Below, in pieces: positions 1 through 8,792 of a stretch of 25,381 bases of DNA. Location of the stretch: positions 1-25,381 of IMG/VR virus record IMGVR_UViG_3300027728_000083; one strand, given 5' to 3'. The stretch comes from a virus (Duplodnaviria; Caudoviricetes). The stretch's first letter is position 1. Each line of letters opens with the position of its first letter. Position numbers and translations under genes: made by a program. The notes beneath the pieces were generated by a model. It was not told where the DNA came from and did not search any database. It saw only the letters and a list, made by a program, of their open reading frames with translations.

Positions 1-71
1 TCTTTGGCGCCGGTGGCCAATGCGATGAGCCCCGTGAGGACGCCGAGTGTAGTAGTTTTCCAGTTGTTCAT
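1..71 (-). CDS. Holin-like small membrane protein (5' part; continues off the window)
   Basis: ATG at 71 reads MNNWKTTTLGVLTGLIALATGAK; NWKTT followed by a hydrophobic helix is typical of small phage holin-like proteins; starts 4 nt after the previous stop. Confidence 0.55.
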   Translation of the reverse strand, partial: MNNWKTTTLGVLTGLIALATGAK

Positions 72-75
72 AATG

Positions 76-282
76 TTATTTGTTCTCCTTCTGTTTTTTC
101 CGCAGGTCATGGTAGACCGAAAGTAATGTGATCACGCCGACAGCGAGGCCGACGCATAGCCCGGCAACGCGTAAGTATAGTTCGACATGGGCGACCATAG
201 AAACCGCCGCCGAGCCGAGGCTGGCAAACGTGCCGAGGGCGCCGCGCTCGACGGTCGTTAAATGTTGGTGCCAGTAGTTCAT
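76..282 (-). CDS. Holin-like membrane protein, 68 aa
   Basis: MNYWHQ... start overlaps the upstream stop (ATGA, 279-282); two hydrophobic segments and a basic C-terminus (RKKQKENK). Confidence 0.55.
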   Translation of the reverse strand: MNYWHQHLTTVERGALGTFASLGSAAVSMVAHVELYLRVAGLCVGLAVGVITLLSVYHDLRKKQKENK

Positions 283-665
283 GGCATTGCGTCTATTGCG
301 GTCCATGCCGCCAAGAGGCCGTCCCGCAGTTCGGTGGGCAGGCTCTCGCTGGAATAAACTACGGAGCGCGACCCGGCGGCGGCGTGCGCGGTCACGGCGG
401 CGGAGAGTTTGGGGCGGCTTGAAGTCACAGATTGTGATTCGTTGCCGTCGGCGTCCACCTGCGTCTCGTAATCCGAGTGCGTGCCGTCTGGTTCCAAAAA
501 CACTTGGCCGACTGACTCGCCTTCGGTGAGTTGCGATTGCAGCCATGACAGAAGGGTCTGCGCGGTGAGGGCCAGTTCGCCGTCAAGCGGGATGGCGGTG
601 GTGGTGGCGTAGTCGCCGCTTTTGCTGTAGCGGGTTAGCTGGTTGTTGGAGAGTAGGAGTTTCAT
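279..665 (-). CDS. Hypothetical protein, 128 aa (possible fibre chaperone by position)
   Basis: ATGA-coupled to both neighbours; directly downstream of the fibre-like gene. Confidence 0.7.
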   Translation of the reverse strand: MKLLLSNNQLTRYSKSGDYATTTAIPLDGELALTAQTLLSWLQSQLTEGESVGQVFLEPDGTHSDYETQVDADGNESQSVTSSRPKLSAAVTAHAAAGSRSVVYSSESLPTELRDGLLAAWTAIDAMP

Positions 666-1825
666 GGGGCAAAAAACACGGCATTATTTAGTCCGACAAT
701 TTCAAAACTTCCGCCAGTGTTGGTGGAGAGGCCGACTAGTCCAAACGTAAAGCAGGTTTGGTTTGTCGAAGCAACCATAGGGCCGTTGCTATATGTGACA
801 GTGGCGTTTGTTGGTTTCTGTAAGGCCGCGCTAGTTGCGGAATTTCTTTCGGCATAATAAATGTCGCCCGTCCCGTTGGTTTTGTGGTCAATCCACAAAC
901 CGAAGCCTAATGGCGATGCCGAAGTGGTAATTGTGGCGGCGTTGGTTGTGACTACATTTGCCTTGGAAACTAGAACTTCAGCGTTGGTGGCATCAACCCA
1001 GTTAAGAGCAACCCAATGGCCATTGGTGGGCAGATCGTTGTCGCCTGCGCCAGCGCCAAAAACCAAAAAAGCGCGCGCAACGTTGTTGGTTACTTGGTTC
1101 TTGGCGCCCATAACAGCTAAACTCATTGGGCGAGACCAATCTATACCAAAGGTTCCCTCCGTTCCGTTCCACGGCCCTTGCCTGTTGACTCTGACCGAGG
1201 CAAAGCTGTTGGTGCTTCCATTTACAATCCTCACATTGATTCGACCTTCGGTAATGGGGCCAGCGTGGACAGCGGTTCCGGGGCCGCTTATATGCGAGGC
1301 CATAGCGTATGCCAAATCTCTAAACCGATTCGGCGCGTGCATAATGTAGTCAACCATGCGCGTGTCGGTTAAATCCCGCGTCATCAAACTGTCCGCACTG
1401 ATCGCCGTCTGATGCGGTGCGATGTTGCCCACGCCGTTTAGGGTGGCGTTGCCGTTTATGGTGACGTTGGTGGCGAAGGTGGCGGCGTTACTGACTCCGA
1501 GGGTTCCGGTGGCCGTGATGTTGCCGAATGTGACGGCGTTGGTTGTGCCGAGGCCGAGGTTGGTGCGGGTGGTGGCGGCGGCATTGCCAGAAAACAGAAT
1601 ACTTCCCTCATCCACAAAAACCGTGCCAGCATCCACTTGGACAAACTGAACGTGATTCCACTCCCCAAGGCCGATCGCCGTAGCAGCCGCCGCAGCATTG
1701 GTCGCCGTGAGCACCGCACGCCCGGTCGCCGTGGCGTCCGTGATATTGACCGAGGTCGGCGGGTTGTCGATCTGGCCGTAGGCGGTGCCGGCGGCCAGCA
1801 GTAGGATGGTGAGCAGGCGGTTCAT
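662..1825 (-). CDS. Tail-fibre / receptor-binding-like protein, 387 aa, with predicted signal peptide
   Basis: Start ATG 1825 lies 2 nt after the upstream stop; ATAIGLG and TRTNLGLG fibre-type motifs; G/T/N/A-rich beta-type C-terminus; located in the structural cluster. Confidence 0.65.
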   Translation of the reverse strand: MNRLLTILLLAAGTAYGQIDNPPTSVNITDATATGRAVLTATNAAAAATAIGLGEWNHVQFVQVDAGTVFVDEGSILFSGNAAATTRTNLGLGTTNAVTFGNITATGTLGVSNAATFATNVTINGNATLNGVGNIAPHQTAISADSLMTRDLTDTRMVDYIMHAPNRFRDLAYAMASHISGPGTAVHAGPITEGRINVRIVNGSTNSFASVRVNRQGPWNGTEGTFGIDWSRPMSLAVMGAKNQVTNNVARAFLVFGAGAGDNDLPTNGHWVALNWVDATNAEVLVSKANVVTTNAATITTSASPLGFGLWIDHKTNGTGDIYYAERNSATSAALQKPTNATVTYSNGPMVASTNQTCFTFGLVGLSTNTGGSFEIVGLNNAVFFAP

Positions 1826-1827
1826 CT

Positions 1828-2145
1828 TTAGATTCCTTCTTTGGCGACGAACTTTTTGGATGTGCTGCTGCAACGGACAAAAAGCTCCTGCGATGGCACC
1901 CAAGCAGCATTGAACGTCACGGAGCCACCGGGTTGCACCTGAATGCCTTCGTCGTCCGAGGCGGTTTGTCCAAAGTCGATGCGCATCAGCGTGTCGGAAA
2001 TGTTCTGGAACACTAAGTAAGTCCGGCTTGCGTTAGCGGGCATAACTGATTGCGTGCCAGCGGCTGCCGTGGTGACGGCCGTGCTGCTGCTGTAGTCAAT
2101 GACATTGCCGGTGGATGGTTTAGTTTTTACGTTAGGGAAGCCCAT
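1828..2145 (-). CDS. Putative virion structural protein, 105 aa
   Basis: PANASRTYLVFQNISD...IDFG...GIQVQPGGS pattern resembles small beta-sandwich phage proteins; structural cluster. Confidence 0.65.
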   Translation of the reverse strand: MGFPNVKTKPSTGNVIDYSSSTAVTTAAAGTQSVMPANASRTYLVFQNISDTLMRIDFGQTASDDEGIQVQPGGSVTFNAAWVPSQELFVRCSSTSKKFVAKEGI

Positions 2146-2161
2146 AGGTTTTAGTAGTTGG

Positions 2162-2782
2162 TTAGTATTGCGAGACCTGCGCGGTCCATCGGCGGGTTTG
2201 CTTTTGCTGGTAGGTGAATTTCTCGGTCTCCTTGACGATGCTCAGTTCGGCCCGGCCATACATGACCTGCGCTTTGTCGAGCTGACCGTCCTCGGTCAAA
2301 AGGTCGCCGGTGAGGGAGAATTTGAGGTAGTCGGCCAAAATCTGCGGGACCGTCTGCGCGAGGGCCGTGGCGAGCACGGTCGATATGACCGTGGGCGGCA
2401 GCCGGAATTTGACGTAAATGGTGTCGGGGCAGTCGCTGGGCAACCGGATCTTATCGAGGTCGAGACTGAACGCGATTTCTCTCGGGGCTGCGTGTGTATG
2501 CGGATTGTCTTGAAACACGCTAAACACGTCGCCGATCTCAGTCTCGCTGGCTTGCGCGAGGTCGATATAAATGTCCTCGTCCACTCCGGTCTGGGTGGTC
2601 CGCTCTTCGGTGCGCGTGAGGTCGGGCCAATCGTAAAACTCCCACGCATCCCGAAGGTGGCTGGCAAGGTTATCCACCATGATCGTCTTGGTGGTCGTGG
2701 GCAGATTGTCGATGCTGCTGCCATCCAAGCCAGCGCGGCTGGCGGCGTTGGTCACGATGCTGGAGACGGTCACGGTTTTCAT
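2162..2782 (-). CDS. Head-tail adaptor / tail tubular protein A-like, 206 aa
   Basis: Start MKTVTVSSIV is ATGA-coupled; helical N-terminus, WEFYDWPDL, C-terminal VPQILADYL...GQLDKA as in podovirus adaptors; downstream of portal. Confidence 0.65.
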   Translation of the reverse strand: MKTVTVSSIVTNAASRAGLDGSSIDNLPTTTKTIMVDNLASHLRDAWEFYDWPDLTRTEERTTQTGVDEDIYIDLAQASETEIGDVFSVFQDNPHTHAAPREIAFSLDLDKIRLPSDCPDTIYVKFRLPPTVISTVLATALAQTVPQILADYLKFSLTGDLLTEDGQLDKAQVMYGRAELSIVKETEKFTYQQKQTRRWTAQVSQY

Positions 2783-3060
2783 TGCGCGGCCTCCTTGATC
2801 ACGATGATCTGCGCGGCCTTCCCGGCGAAGGTGTAGTCGCTGTCGCGGTTGACGTTGCCAGCAGCCGACCGGACGTAGACTCCGGGCGAATGCCGGTTGT
2901 AGAGCGGGATGCCGGAACCAGCCAGAACACGCCAAGCCGAGCCAACCGGCGCCGAGGAATCCAGCGGCAGGTCAGCGTAGGTGCCCACCTCGCGGGCCAG
3001 CGGCGCGGTGGCCGATGGTGCGCTGGGAGCAAAGCCGCCGGTTAGAGCGTTGTAGGTCAT
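2779..3060 (-). CDS. Hypothetical (structural cluster) protein, 93 aa
   Basis: Tightly packed ORF; YNALTGGF N-terminus, V..YADLP motif. Confidence 0.65.
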   Translation of the reverse strand: MTYNALTGGFAPSAPSATAPLAREVGTYADLPLDSSAPVGSAWRVLAGSGIPLYNRHSPGVYVRSAAGNVNRDSDYTFAGKAAQIIVIKEAAQ

Positions 3061-3061
3061 A

Positions 3062-3295
3062 CTATGGCGAGGCCAAGCGGGTCACGGTGGCCAGCGGCGT
3101 GTTATCCACGGTCGGCGGTTGGGTCACATAAGTGAAAGTCACATAGGCAACGATGGTGCCGGTGCTGCCGCCTTCACGGTAGGTCACGGTCTGGGCGTTG
3201 TTGGTCGCGCCGTGGTAGGTAAAGGCGATGTAGTCGTGCTGCGGGATGTTTAATCCGGCGACATTTCGGACGGCGACGTTGGGGGAAAAGGCCAT
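3062..3295 (-). CDS. Hypothetical small structural protein, 77 aa
   Basis: IPQHDYI.FTY...TVTYREGG.TGT.VA pattern recalled from small phage proteins; tightly packed. Confidence 0.7.
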   Translation of the reverse strand: MAFSPNVAVRNVAGLNIPQHDYIAFTYHGATNNAQTVTYREGGSTGTIVAYVTFTYVTQPPTVDNTPLATVTRLASP

Positions 3296-3298
3296 AGG

Positions 3299-5416
3299 TT
3301 AAGCCGCTGCCTGCGGACCTCCGAGTTGTTGCTCCTGCGCCATCTGCTGGAGCGCGGGCTGCGCGCCGACCCGGCCGATGACGGCGTTTTGCGACTGCTG
3401 GAGCTGGAAGGTGAATGCCTGCATGCGGGCGTCCAACATGCGGCGGAAGATTTCGTCCTGCTGGTAGCGTTGGCTGACGGCGGGGTTGCTTTGGATGATT
3501 TGCTGGAGAGTCTGCAAGCGGACTTGGGCGTTTTGGCCGCCCTCTTTCATTGGGGGCTCGGTGCCGGCGGCGATCTTGGCAAAGGCGCCCTGCTCGTCTT
3601 CGATCTCCTGCTGGGTCGCGGCGCCGATGTCTTGGACCAGCATGCTCGCCATGTTGGGATCGACGGCTTGGAACATGTATTTGATGAGGCCAACGCGGTC
3701 GATGACGCCGAATGAATCCATCGGGACGAGGATCTTGGCGAGGTAGTTCAACTTGGCGCCGAGGGCTTCGGCATCGAGCATGCGGGCGTCGAATTCGGCG
3801 GTTATGTCAAACCTGCCGCGGATGTCCTGCGGGCTGGCGTTAAAGGGGAGCTGGTTGCCGGTCACCCGGGCGACTTCCTCCGGCGACATATACTGCTGCG
3901 CAAGGGCCATCGTCTGGACAACGCAGAGCTTCATGTCGAGGAGCCAGGTGTCGATTAGCTCTTGGGTGTGCAGCATGGCGAGCTGGGGCGGGACGCCTTG
4001 GGACATGCGGCCGAAGTAATTGTCCACGTCCAGCCGGGTGGCGGCTTCAACTTCGATGCTGCCCTGGCTGACCCGCGGGGGCTCCATGAAGCTGACCTCA
4101 CCTTGCCTCCGCTCGGGGATCTGGACGCCGGGGCCGAGGACGAGGTCGAACTTGCCGCGGTTGGCCGGCACGCGCACTGGGGGGAGCACGCTGAGGCTGG
4201 CGGCGTCTACGCGGAAGTCGCGCTGGGTCTTGATCTCGTTCTGAGCCGTCTGGCAGATCTCCGGCACGCCGCGGGACTCGAGGAGCGGGCGGGTGGTGCG
4301 CTCGCGGGCTAGCTCGACAAAAGGATAAAGGCCGTGGGCGTAGGGCAGGATCTCATGGCTGGCGACCGTGTCAGGGACGTGGAAGGACATGATGCTGCGC
4401 GTCACGCGGACGGCGCCGGTCTTCTCGTCGATCTCTTTTCTGTAAACGTGCCAAACTTCTACCATGTCGCGCAGCTGCTCGTAGAGGTATTGGTCGGTGC
4501 GGTGCAGGTTTGCCGTGATCCGGCGCATCTCGCCCTTGTGCTTGCTGGTGCGCTCAACCCAGTCCTCGTCCCAGCCTTCGATCATGCCGCGCTCGCGCAG
4601 TTCAACCTCGGTGAGCAGTTCCCGGCGGGCCACGAAGGCAGCGCGCTGCAGGCTGAAGGTCTGGATTGGGAAGATGATGTCCTCGAAGGCTTCCAGGGCG
4701 GTCCACACCGGCTTGTTCTCAAAAATATAAGGGCTGTCCCACTCGACGACACCCTTCTCGCGCAGCTCGCGCACCTTGGCCGGCTTGCCGAGTTCCGGCA
4801 CGATCTCACCGAGCAGCTGGGCGGCGAGTTCTTCCTGCAGAGGATCAAGGACAACCTCGATGAGGGCTTGGATGTTGGCCGCCTGCTCGGGGTCTTGCTG
4901 CGCCGCGGCCTCAAGCATACCCATGGCGTCGTCCAGCGTGAAGGTCTTGACCTCGGTGCGGGTGGTGGTCTGCCAGTCGATGGCCATGACGGCGAGGCCG
5001 TAGGTTTCCCGAAACTCAGCGGCTAGGCGGACCTCGCGCTGGAGGTCAGAGAGGCAATGCTGAAAGAGGAGCCATTTGAGCACAGCCTCCGCGGCGTTGC
5101 GCTTGTCGATGTCCATGCTTTCGACCGGCTGGACCTGCACGCGGGACTTGAAGAACGCGGAGGTCAGCATGGCGACGTGGTCGCGGACGATGTTGTCGCT
5201 GAGGAAGATCTTACAGTCGCTTGAGCCGTCCCAAGGGAATGGCTGGGCGCCGAGGCTGCCCTTGCGCTTGCGGCCGTCTTCGTTTTGCCCGGGCCAGATG
5301 CAGTAGCGGGTGTTCCAATTGCGCAGCTTGCGCTGGATGTAGGTGCTGGCGTCGCTGTCAGCCTGCTCAACCTCGCCGAGGATTTCTACGATCTTGTCGC
5401 GGTCGATGGGTTTCAA
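3299..5416 (-). CDS. Portal protein, 705 aa
   Basis: Size; PFPWDGSSD, VQPVESMD, ETYGLAV, SRGVPE...QNEIK..RD..VD motifs; Q-rich C-terminus; head cluster. Confidence 0.88.
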   Translation of the reverse strand: MKPIDRDKIVEILGEVEQADSDASTYIQRKLRNWNTRYCIWPGQNEDGRKRKGSLGAQPFPWDGSSDCKIFLSDNIVRDHVAMLTSAFFKSRVQVQPVESMDIDKRNAAEAVLKWLLFQHCLSDLQREVRLAAEFRETYGLAVMAIDWQTTTRTEVKTFTLDDAMGMLEAAAQQDPEQAANIQALIEVVLDPLQEELAAQLLGEIVPELGKPAKVRELREKGVVEWDSPYIFENKPVWTALEAFEDIIFPIQTFSLQRAAFVARRELLTEVELRERGMIEGWDEDWVERTSKHKGEMRRITANLHRTDQYLYEQLRDMVEVWHVYRKEIDEKTGAVRVTRSIMSFHVPDTVASHEILPYAHGLYPFVELARERTTRPLLESRGVPEICQTAQNEIKTQRDFRVDAASLSVLPPVRVPANRGKFDLVLGPGVQIPERRQGEVSFMEPPRVSQGSIEVEAATRLDVDNYFGRMSQGVPPQLAMLHTQELIDTWLLDMKLCVVQTMALAQQYMSPEEVARVTGNQLPFNASPQDIRGRFDITAEFDARMLDAEALGAKLNYLAKILVPMDSFGVIDRVGLIKYMFQAVDPNMASMLVQDIGAATQQEIEDEQGAFAKIAAGTEPPMKEGGQNAQVRLQTLQQIIQSNPAVSQRYQQDEIFRRMLDARMQAFTFQLQQSQNAVIGRVGAQPALQQMAQEQQLGGPQAAA

Positions 5417-5748
5417 GGGACGAGGATGGTGGTGTTGCGGGGTGTGTATTTAACGACCGTCTCGGGGTTCTTCTTCTTGAACCAATCGCGGAATCCCTTG
5501 TCCTGCCAGCAGCCGGGGTTGGTGCCGTGCCAAGCCCAGTAAGCGTCGGCGTCGATGCTCATCTCGCGGACGCCGATGCCTTCAATGGCGCAGTTCTCTA
5601 GACGGGCGTTGGCCTGGGCAATGCGTTGCTGGCGCGTGGCCGCTAGGACAGCGTCCGCATGCCAGCCGCGCAGCAATTCCTCCTTGACGAGGTGCTGCAT
5701 CTCATCGCCCAAATCGGCGACAAGATCGCTCCAAAGTGTTTCAGCCAT
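5413..5748 (-). CDS. Hypothetical protein, 111 aa
   Basis: ATGA-coupled to portal; YWAW..PGCWQDKGF..WF.KKNPE resembles the small conserved gene preceding portals. Confidence 0.75.
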   Translation of the reverse strand: MAETLWSDLVADLGDEMQHLVKEELLRGWHADAVLAATRQQRIAQANARLENCAIEGIGVREMSIDADAYWAWHGTNPGCWQDKGFRDWFKKKNPETVVKYTPRNTTILVP

Positions 5749-5756
5749 CCTAACTG

Positions 5757-5780
5757 CTGCGGCCCCCGGAGGAGCCGCAG
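5757..5780 (-). terminator. GC-rich stem-loop after the capsid genes (terminator or mRNA stabiliser)
   Basis: Minus strand CTGCGGCTCC-TCCG-GGGGCCGCAG, 10-bp stem with one G-U; no U-tract. Confidence 0.5.
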
Positions 5781-5795
5781 AGTGTTAGAACAGTC

Positions 5796-6254
5796 TTAGA
5801 TCGCGGACAGGGAAACGATCTGCAGATAGACATGCAGCTCGCCCTGAGTGTGATCGGCCAAGCTGTCGCCCGCCGTGCAGGCGAAGGCGGCTTGGATGTA
5901 TTTCGGCGAGGCGGAAGTGCCTGCGGCGAACACATAGGGGACCGTGGCTTCAACTTTGTAATCGACCACGGTGCCGCCCGGGTTCAGCTCTTGCGAGGTG
6001 ATGAACTCGTCAGCGTCAGCTACCGTGTCGTTGTGGCCAACCTCAACGGTGGTCGAGATGGTCGCAGCGTCAGAGCTGTCGAAGTCGGTAACAACCTTGG
6101 TTGCGGCGGACTTGACAACCGTGCCGGCGACAACCGGGATGAGGTTGATGGTCTGCGCAGCGTCGGTGTCGGTGAGGTCGTCGTGCGTGACGATAACCTT
6201 GTGGGTAAAGCCGGTGGCGGCTTTGGTTTCAGCGGGGAGTTCGTATGTTTTCAT
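5796..6254 (-). CDS. Capsid decoration / cement protein, 152 aa
   Basis: Immediately follows the major capsid gene; beta-rich, ends GELHVYLQIV. Confidence 0.6.
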   Translation of the reverse strand: MKTYELPAETKAATGFTHKVIVTHDDLTDTDAAQTINLIPVVAGTVVKSAATKVVTDFDSSDAATISTTVEVGHNDTVADADEFITSQELNPGGTVVDYKVEATVPYVFAAGTSASPKYIQAAFACTAGDSLADHTQGELHVYLQIVSLSAI

Positions 6255-6278
6255 TGAATTATATTCTCTGGTTTACGA

Positions 6279-7289
6279 CTAGGAAGTCGCGGCGAACTTG
6301 GCCAAGCCTTTGGGGTTCATGCAGACGAGCGCGGCGATTGCATCGACGAGCGCACGTTTACCACCGCCCATGTCTTCCAACTCTTGGAAGCGGGGGCGAC
6401 GGCCGTAACGGAGTTCGATCATGTCGGCGCTGAGGACATAGCCGCGGCGAAGCTGCGAGGCTTCGGCTTGGTCCTTGGCCAAGAACAGCGAGGGCACGAT
6501 GTCGAGCACACCGAAGTCGCCGTGGAAGCTGTCGATGGACGCCACAATCTTCTTCGACTCGGCGGACTGGCTGAAGGTGCGGATCGAGAGACCGGCCTTG
6601 TGGTCAGTTCCACCCGCGAAGCGAGTGAAGTTAGTGAAGGCGCGCTTCAGTTCGGGACCGCAGACGAGCATCATGCTGCTCATGGTGCCGGTGACTTGGT
6701 ACATGCTCTGCAGCACGGCCTGCACTTCGGTCTCGATGAGGGAGGCGGTGGCGGTCGTGTTGATGCTGGCGGCCGGCGTGCGGAACGCGGCAGGGACCGG
6801 GAGGTCAGTTTGCGCACTGTTGCTGATCCAACTGCCGAGACCGCGTGTGCGGTATGGGTTGGTGCTGGCCTGCTCTTGGCTGTCGCGGTCGGAACAGACG
6901 GCGGACTCAATGTCGCGCTTCAGTTCGACGAGGCTCTTGGAAACGCTGTGCGCAAACGCTTTGTTCTTGCCGATGCCGGCGATGTCGGAGATCTGCGTGA
7001 AGTCATCAACCTTGATTGAGCGGCGGAACTTCATCGCGCGGCCCGAAAGCAATGCGCGGGTGGAAGAGGCGTCGTCAAACGTGGCAACGTCGGCGTTGGT
7101 GAGCACGCCGTCAAAGGACGGGTCTTTGTACTCATCGGCCTGCCAGGAGAAAACTCCGGGATTAGTGATGTCGGCGCCTTTGCGGGCGGTCGAGGTGACT
7201 GGGGTGTTTTTGTTATCAACAATGCTGATAACGTCCGCGAGGTCTTCGCGAAGTCCCGAGAAATTCGGGAATACTGTGCCTTGTGACAT
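6279..7289 (-). CDS. Major capsid protein (DUF5309 / SU10-like HK97 fold), 336 aa
   Basis: GLREDLADVI...TP, W..D, ELKRDIE, RTRGLGSWI, SFHGDFG motifs; follows the scaffold gene. Confidence 0.9.
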   Translation of the reverse strand: MSQGTVFPNFSGLREDLADVISIVDNKNTPVTSTARKGADITNPGVFSWQADEYKDPSFDGVLTNADVATFDDASSTRALLSGRAMKFRRSIKVDDFTQISDIAGIGKNKAFAHSVSKSLVELKRDIESAVCSDRDSQEQASTNPYRTRGLGSWISNSAQTDLPVPAAFRTPAASINTTATASLIETEVQAVLQSMYQVTGTMSSMMLVCGPELKRAFTNFTRFAGGTDHKAGLSIRTFSQSAESKKIVASIDSFHGDFGVLDIVPSLFLAKDQAEASQLRRGYVLSADMIELRYGRRPRFQELEDMGGGKRALVDAIAALVCMNPKGLAKFAATS

Positions 7290-7319
7290 GATTGGTTGGT
7301 CTTTCTTGTTAGGGTTTCC

Positions 7320-8327
7320 TTACAAGAGCGCCGCGGAAACAAATGACTCAATGTCTTCCATCGAATCTCCCGTCAGTGCTCTCATCGCGCCTTTGGCGCT
7401 TTTGCTACTGGTGGAAGATTTCGTTGCGCTGACCGGCTTGGCGGGAGTGGGCGTTTTGGCGATTTCCTTCGACGAAGAGACTTTCTGTGCGGCCTTGGCC
7501 TTCGCGGCTTGAGCACCTTGCTTGGCCATGAGTGTCTGCTCTCCGAGAAGAGCAAGACCGACCCAGTATTCAGCCTGCGGGAGCTTCAGCAGCTCCGGCG
7601 CCTGCCTAACCGTGGCGGTGAACGCCTGGTGCATCTGGGTGCCTTTTTTGAAGATGTCTGGGAACAGGGACTTGGCGGATTCAAGCGCCGGCTGGCGTTG
7701 GGCAAGCCATTGCTGGCGGGCCGGCACGTACAGCGTAAGCACATCGTCGCTTTTTATGAGGTAGTCTTTGACCTGGTCGGCATCGAGGTAGACCTCTGTG
7801 CCGTCTGGGCGTTTGACTGTGGCGCCGTCCGTATTGCGCAGAGCCCATCGGCGGACCTCTTGGGCGGACTTGATTTTAGCATCAAGCGCCTCCTGCGTGT
7901 CCACGTCGGCCAGCGGGTTGTCGGCCGTGGGGGAGAGCACCGGGCGAGCGGCTTCATTGAGCTGCGCTTCGTATTCGGCGACCTTGGCCTTGGCCTCTTC
8001 CGCTTCAGCGGCTAGGGCGGTGGCTTTCTCCTCGGCGGACTTCCGGGCGGCGGTCAGCTTGTCGATGCGTCGCTGGACTTTCTCCCGCGGGACATCTTCG
8101 GCTTCCTCGTCCTGTTCTTCCTCGGCTTCTTCGGCCTCGGAAACATCTTCAGCCGGATCTTCAGTCTCCGGCTTGTCTTCTTCGTCTTGTGAAAGATCGC
8201 TATCGCTTTCTGATGCTTCGCTGTTGTCTGCCTTTGCCGGCTCGGGTGAAAAACCCAAGTCGCCTAGTGCGGACGACAAAACATCAACTTCTCCTGCCGA
8301 TTGATCGGCAACCGTAACTTCCTCCAT
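7320..8327 (-). CDS. Capsid scaffolding protein, 335 aa
   Basis: Acidic N-terminus, VQRRIDKLTAARK.AEE coiled coil, P/K/S-rich tail; directly upstream of the major capsid gene. Confidence 0.85.
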   Translation of the reverse strand: MEEVTVADQSAGEVDVLSSALGDLGFSPEPAKADNSEASESDSDLSQDEEDKPETEDPAEDVSEAEEAEEEQDEEAEDVPREKVQRRIDKLTAARKSAEEKATALAAEAEEAKAKVAEYEAQLNEAARPVLSPTADNPLADVDTQEALDAKIKSAQEVRRWALRNTDGATVKRPDGTEVYLDADQVKDYLIKSDDVLTLYVPARQQWLAQRQPALESAKSLFPDIFKKGTQMHQAFTATVRQAPELLKLPQAEYWVGLALLGEQTLMAKQGAQAAKAKAAQKVSSSKEIAKTPTPAKPVSATKSSTSSKSAKGAMRALTGDSMEDIESFVSAALL

Positions 8328-8432
8328 GGTCTAAACCTCCCAAGATGGTGCCAGGGTGAACGTCACCAAGACCGACCGACTAAAACAAACCACAGCCCCG
8401 ACACAGCGGGGCACTCCTTAATCGATAACCTG

Positions 8433-8461
8433 ATTATGCGGCATAGCTGAACATTTGTCCA
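8433..8461 (-). promoter_or_regulatory. Sigma70-type promoter for the head genes
   Basis: Minus strand TGGACA-17 bp-CATAAT, about 105 nt upstream of the scaffold ATG, which has a GGGAGG RBS. Confidence 0.6.
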
Positions 8462-8715
8462 GCACTTATTTCGCTGGATAGAAAAGGCACTACTTGTGCG
8501 CAAGTGTTGCGCGAAAGATGCTTTTGGGATCTTTGGGGGGAATGATGCGCATTGCTTGCAAATGGCTTCCGAGGACATTTGGCGAGAATGGCTTAAAGGG
8601 TATGCTGTTTGTGCTGGCGGCCGGAGATCGACTGAGAGTTCATCTGGGGGTTGTAAATCAAACAGCGGATTGCTGGTGTAGCGCGAAGACTACACCAGAC
8701 CGGTGTAGCGTTGCG

Positions 8716-8791
8716 TTCCCGAGCGGGATGTCGGCTATACCCGACATGGTATAAAGCGGTCGGGCGGCGGCTTTTTATACCCGAGCTGGAA
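8716..8791. repeat. Three imperfect 14-bp palindromes TWCCCGA.NNGGWW
   Basis: TTCCCGAGCGGGAT 8716-8729, TACCCGACATGGTA 8738-8751, TACCCGAGCTGGAA 8778-8791. Confidence 0.6.
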
Positions 8792-8792
8792 C

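Noticed and set aside
662-1000. DGR variable region at the fibre C-terminus
   Set aside because: No reverse transcriptase or template-repeat copy seen in the window
1826-1903. Longest-ORF 5' extensions in the track (1903, 546, 2935, 11554, 12888, 16667, 23896)
   Set aside because: They overlap upstream genes; internal ATGs coupled to upstream stops give better starts
6475-7512. 345-aa plus-strand ORF, and similar long ORFs opposite the portal, adaptor, terL, exonuclease and dnaB genes
   Set aside because: Antisense shadows of GC3-biased genes; no motifs or initiation signals
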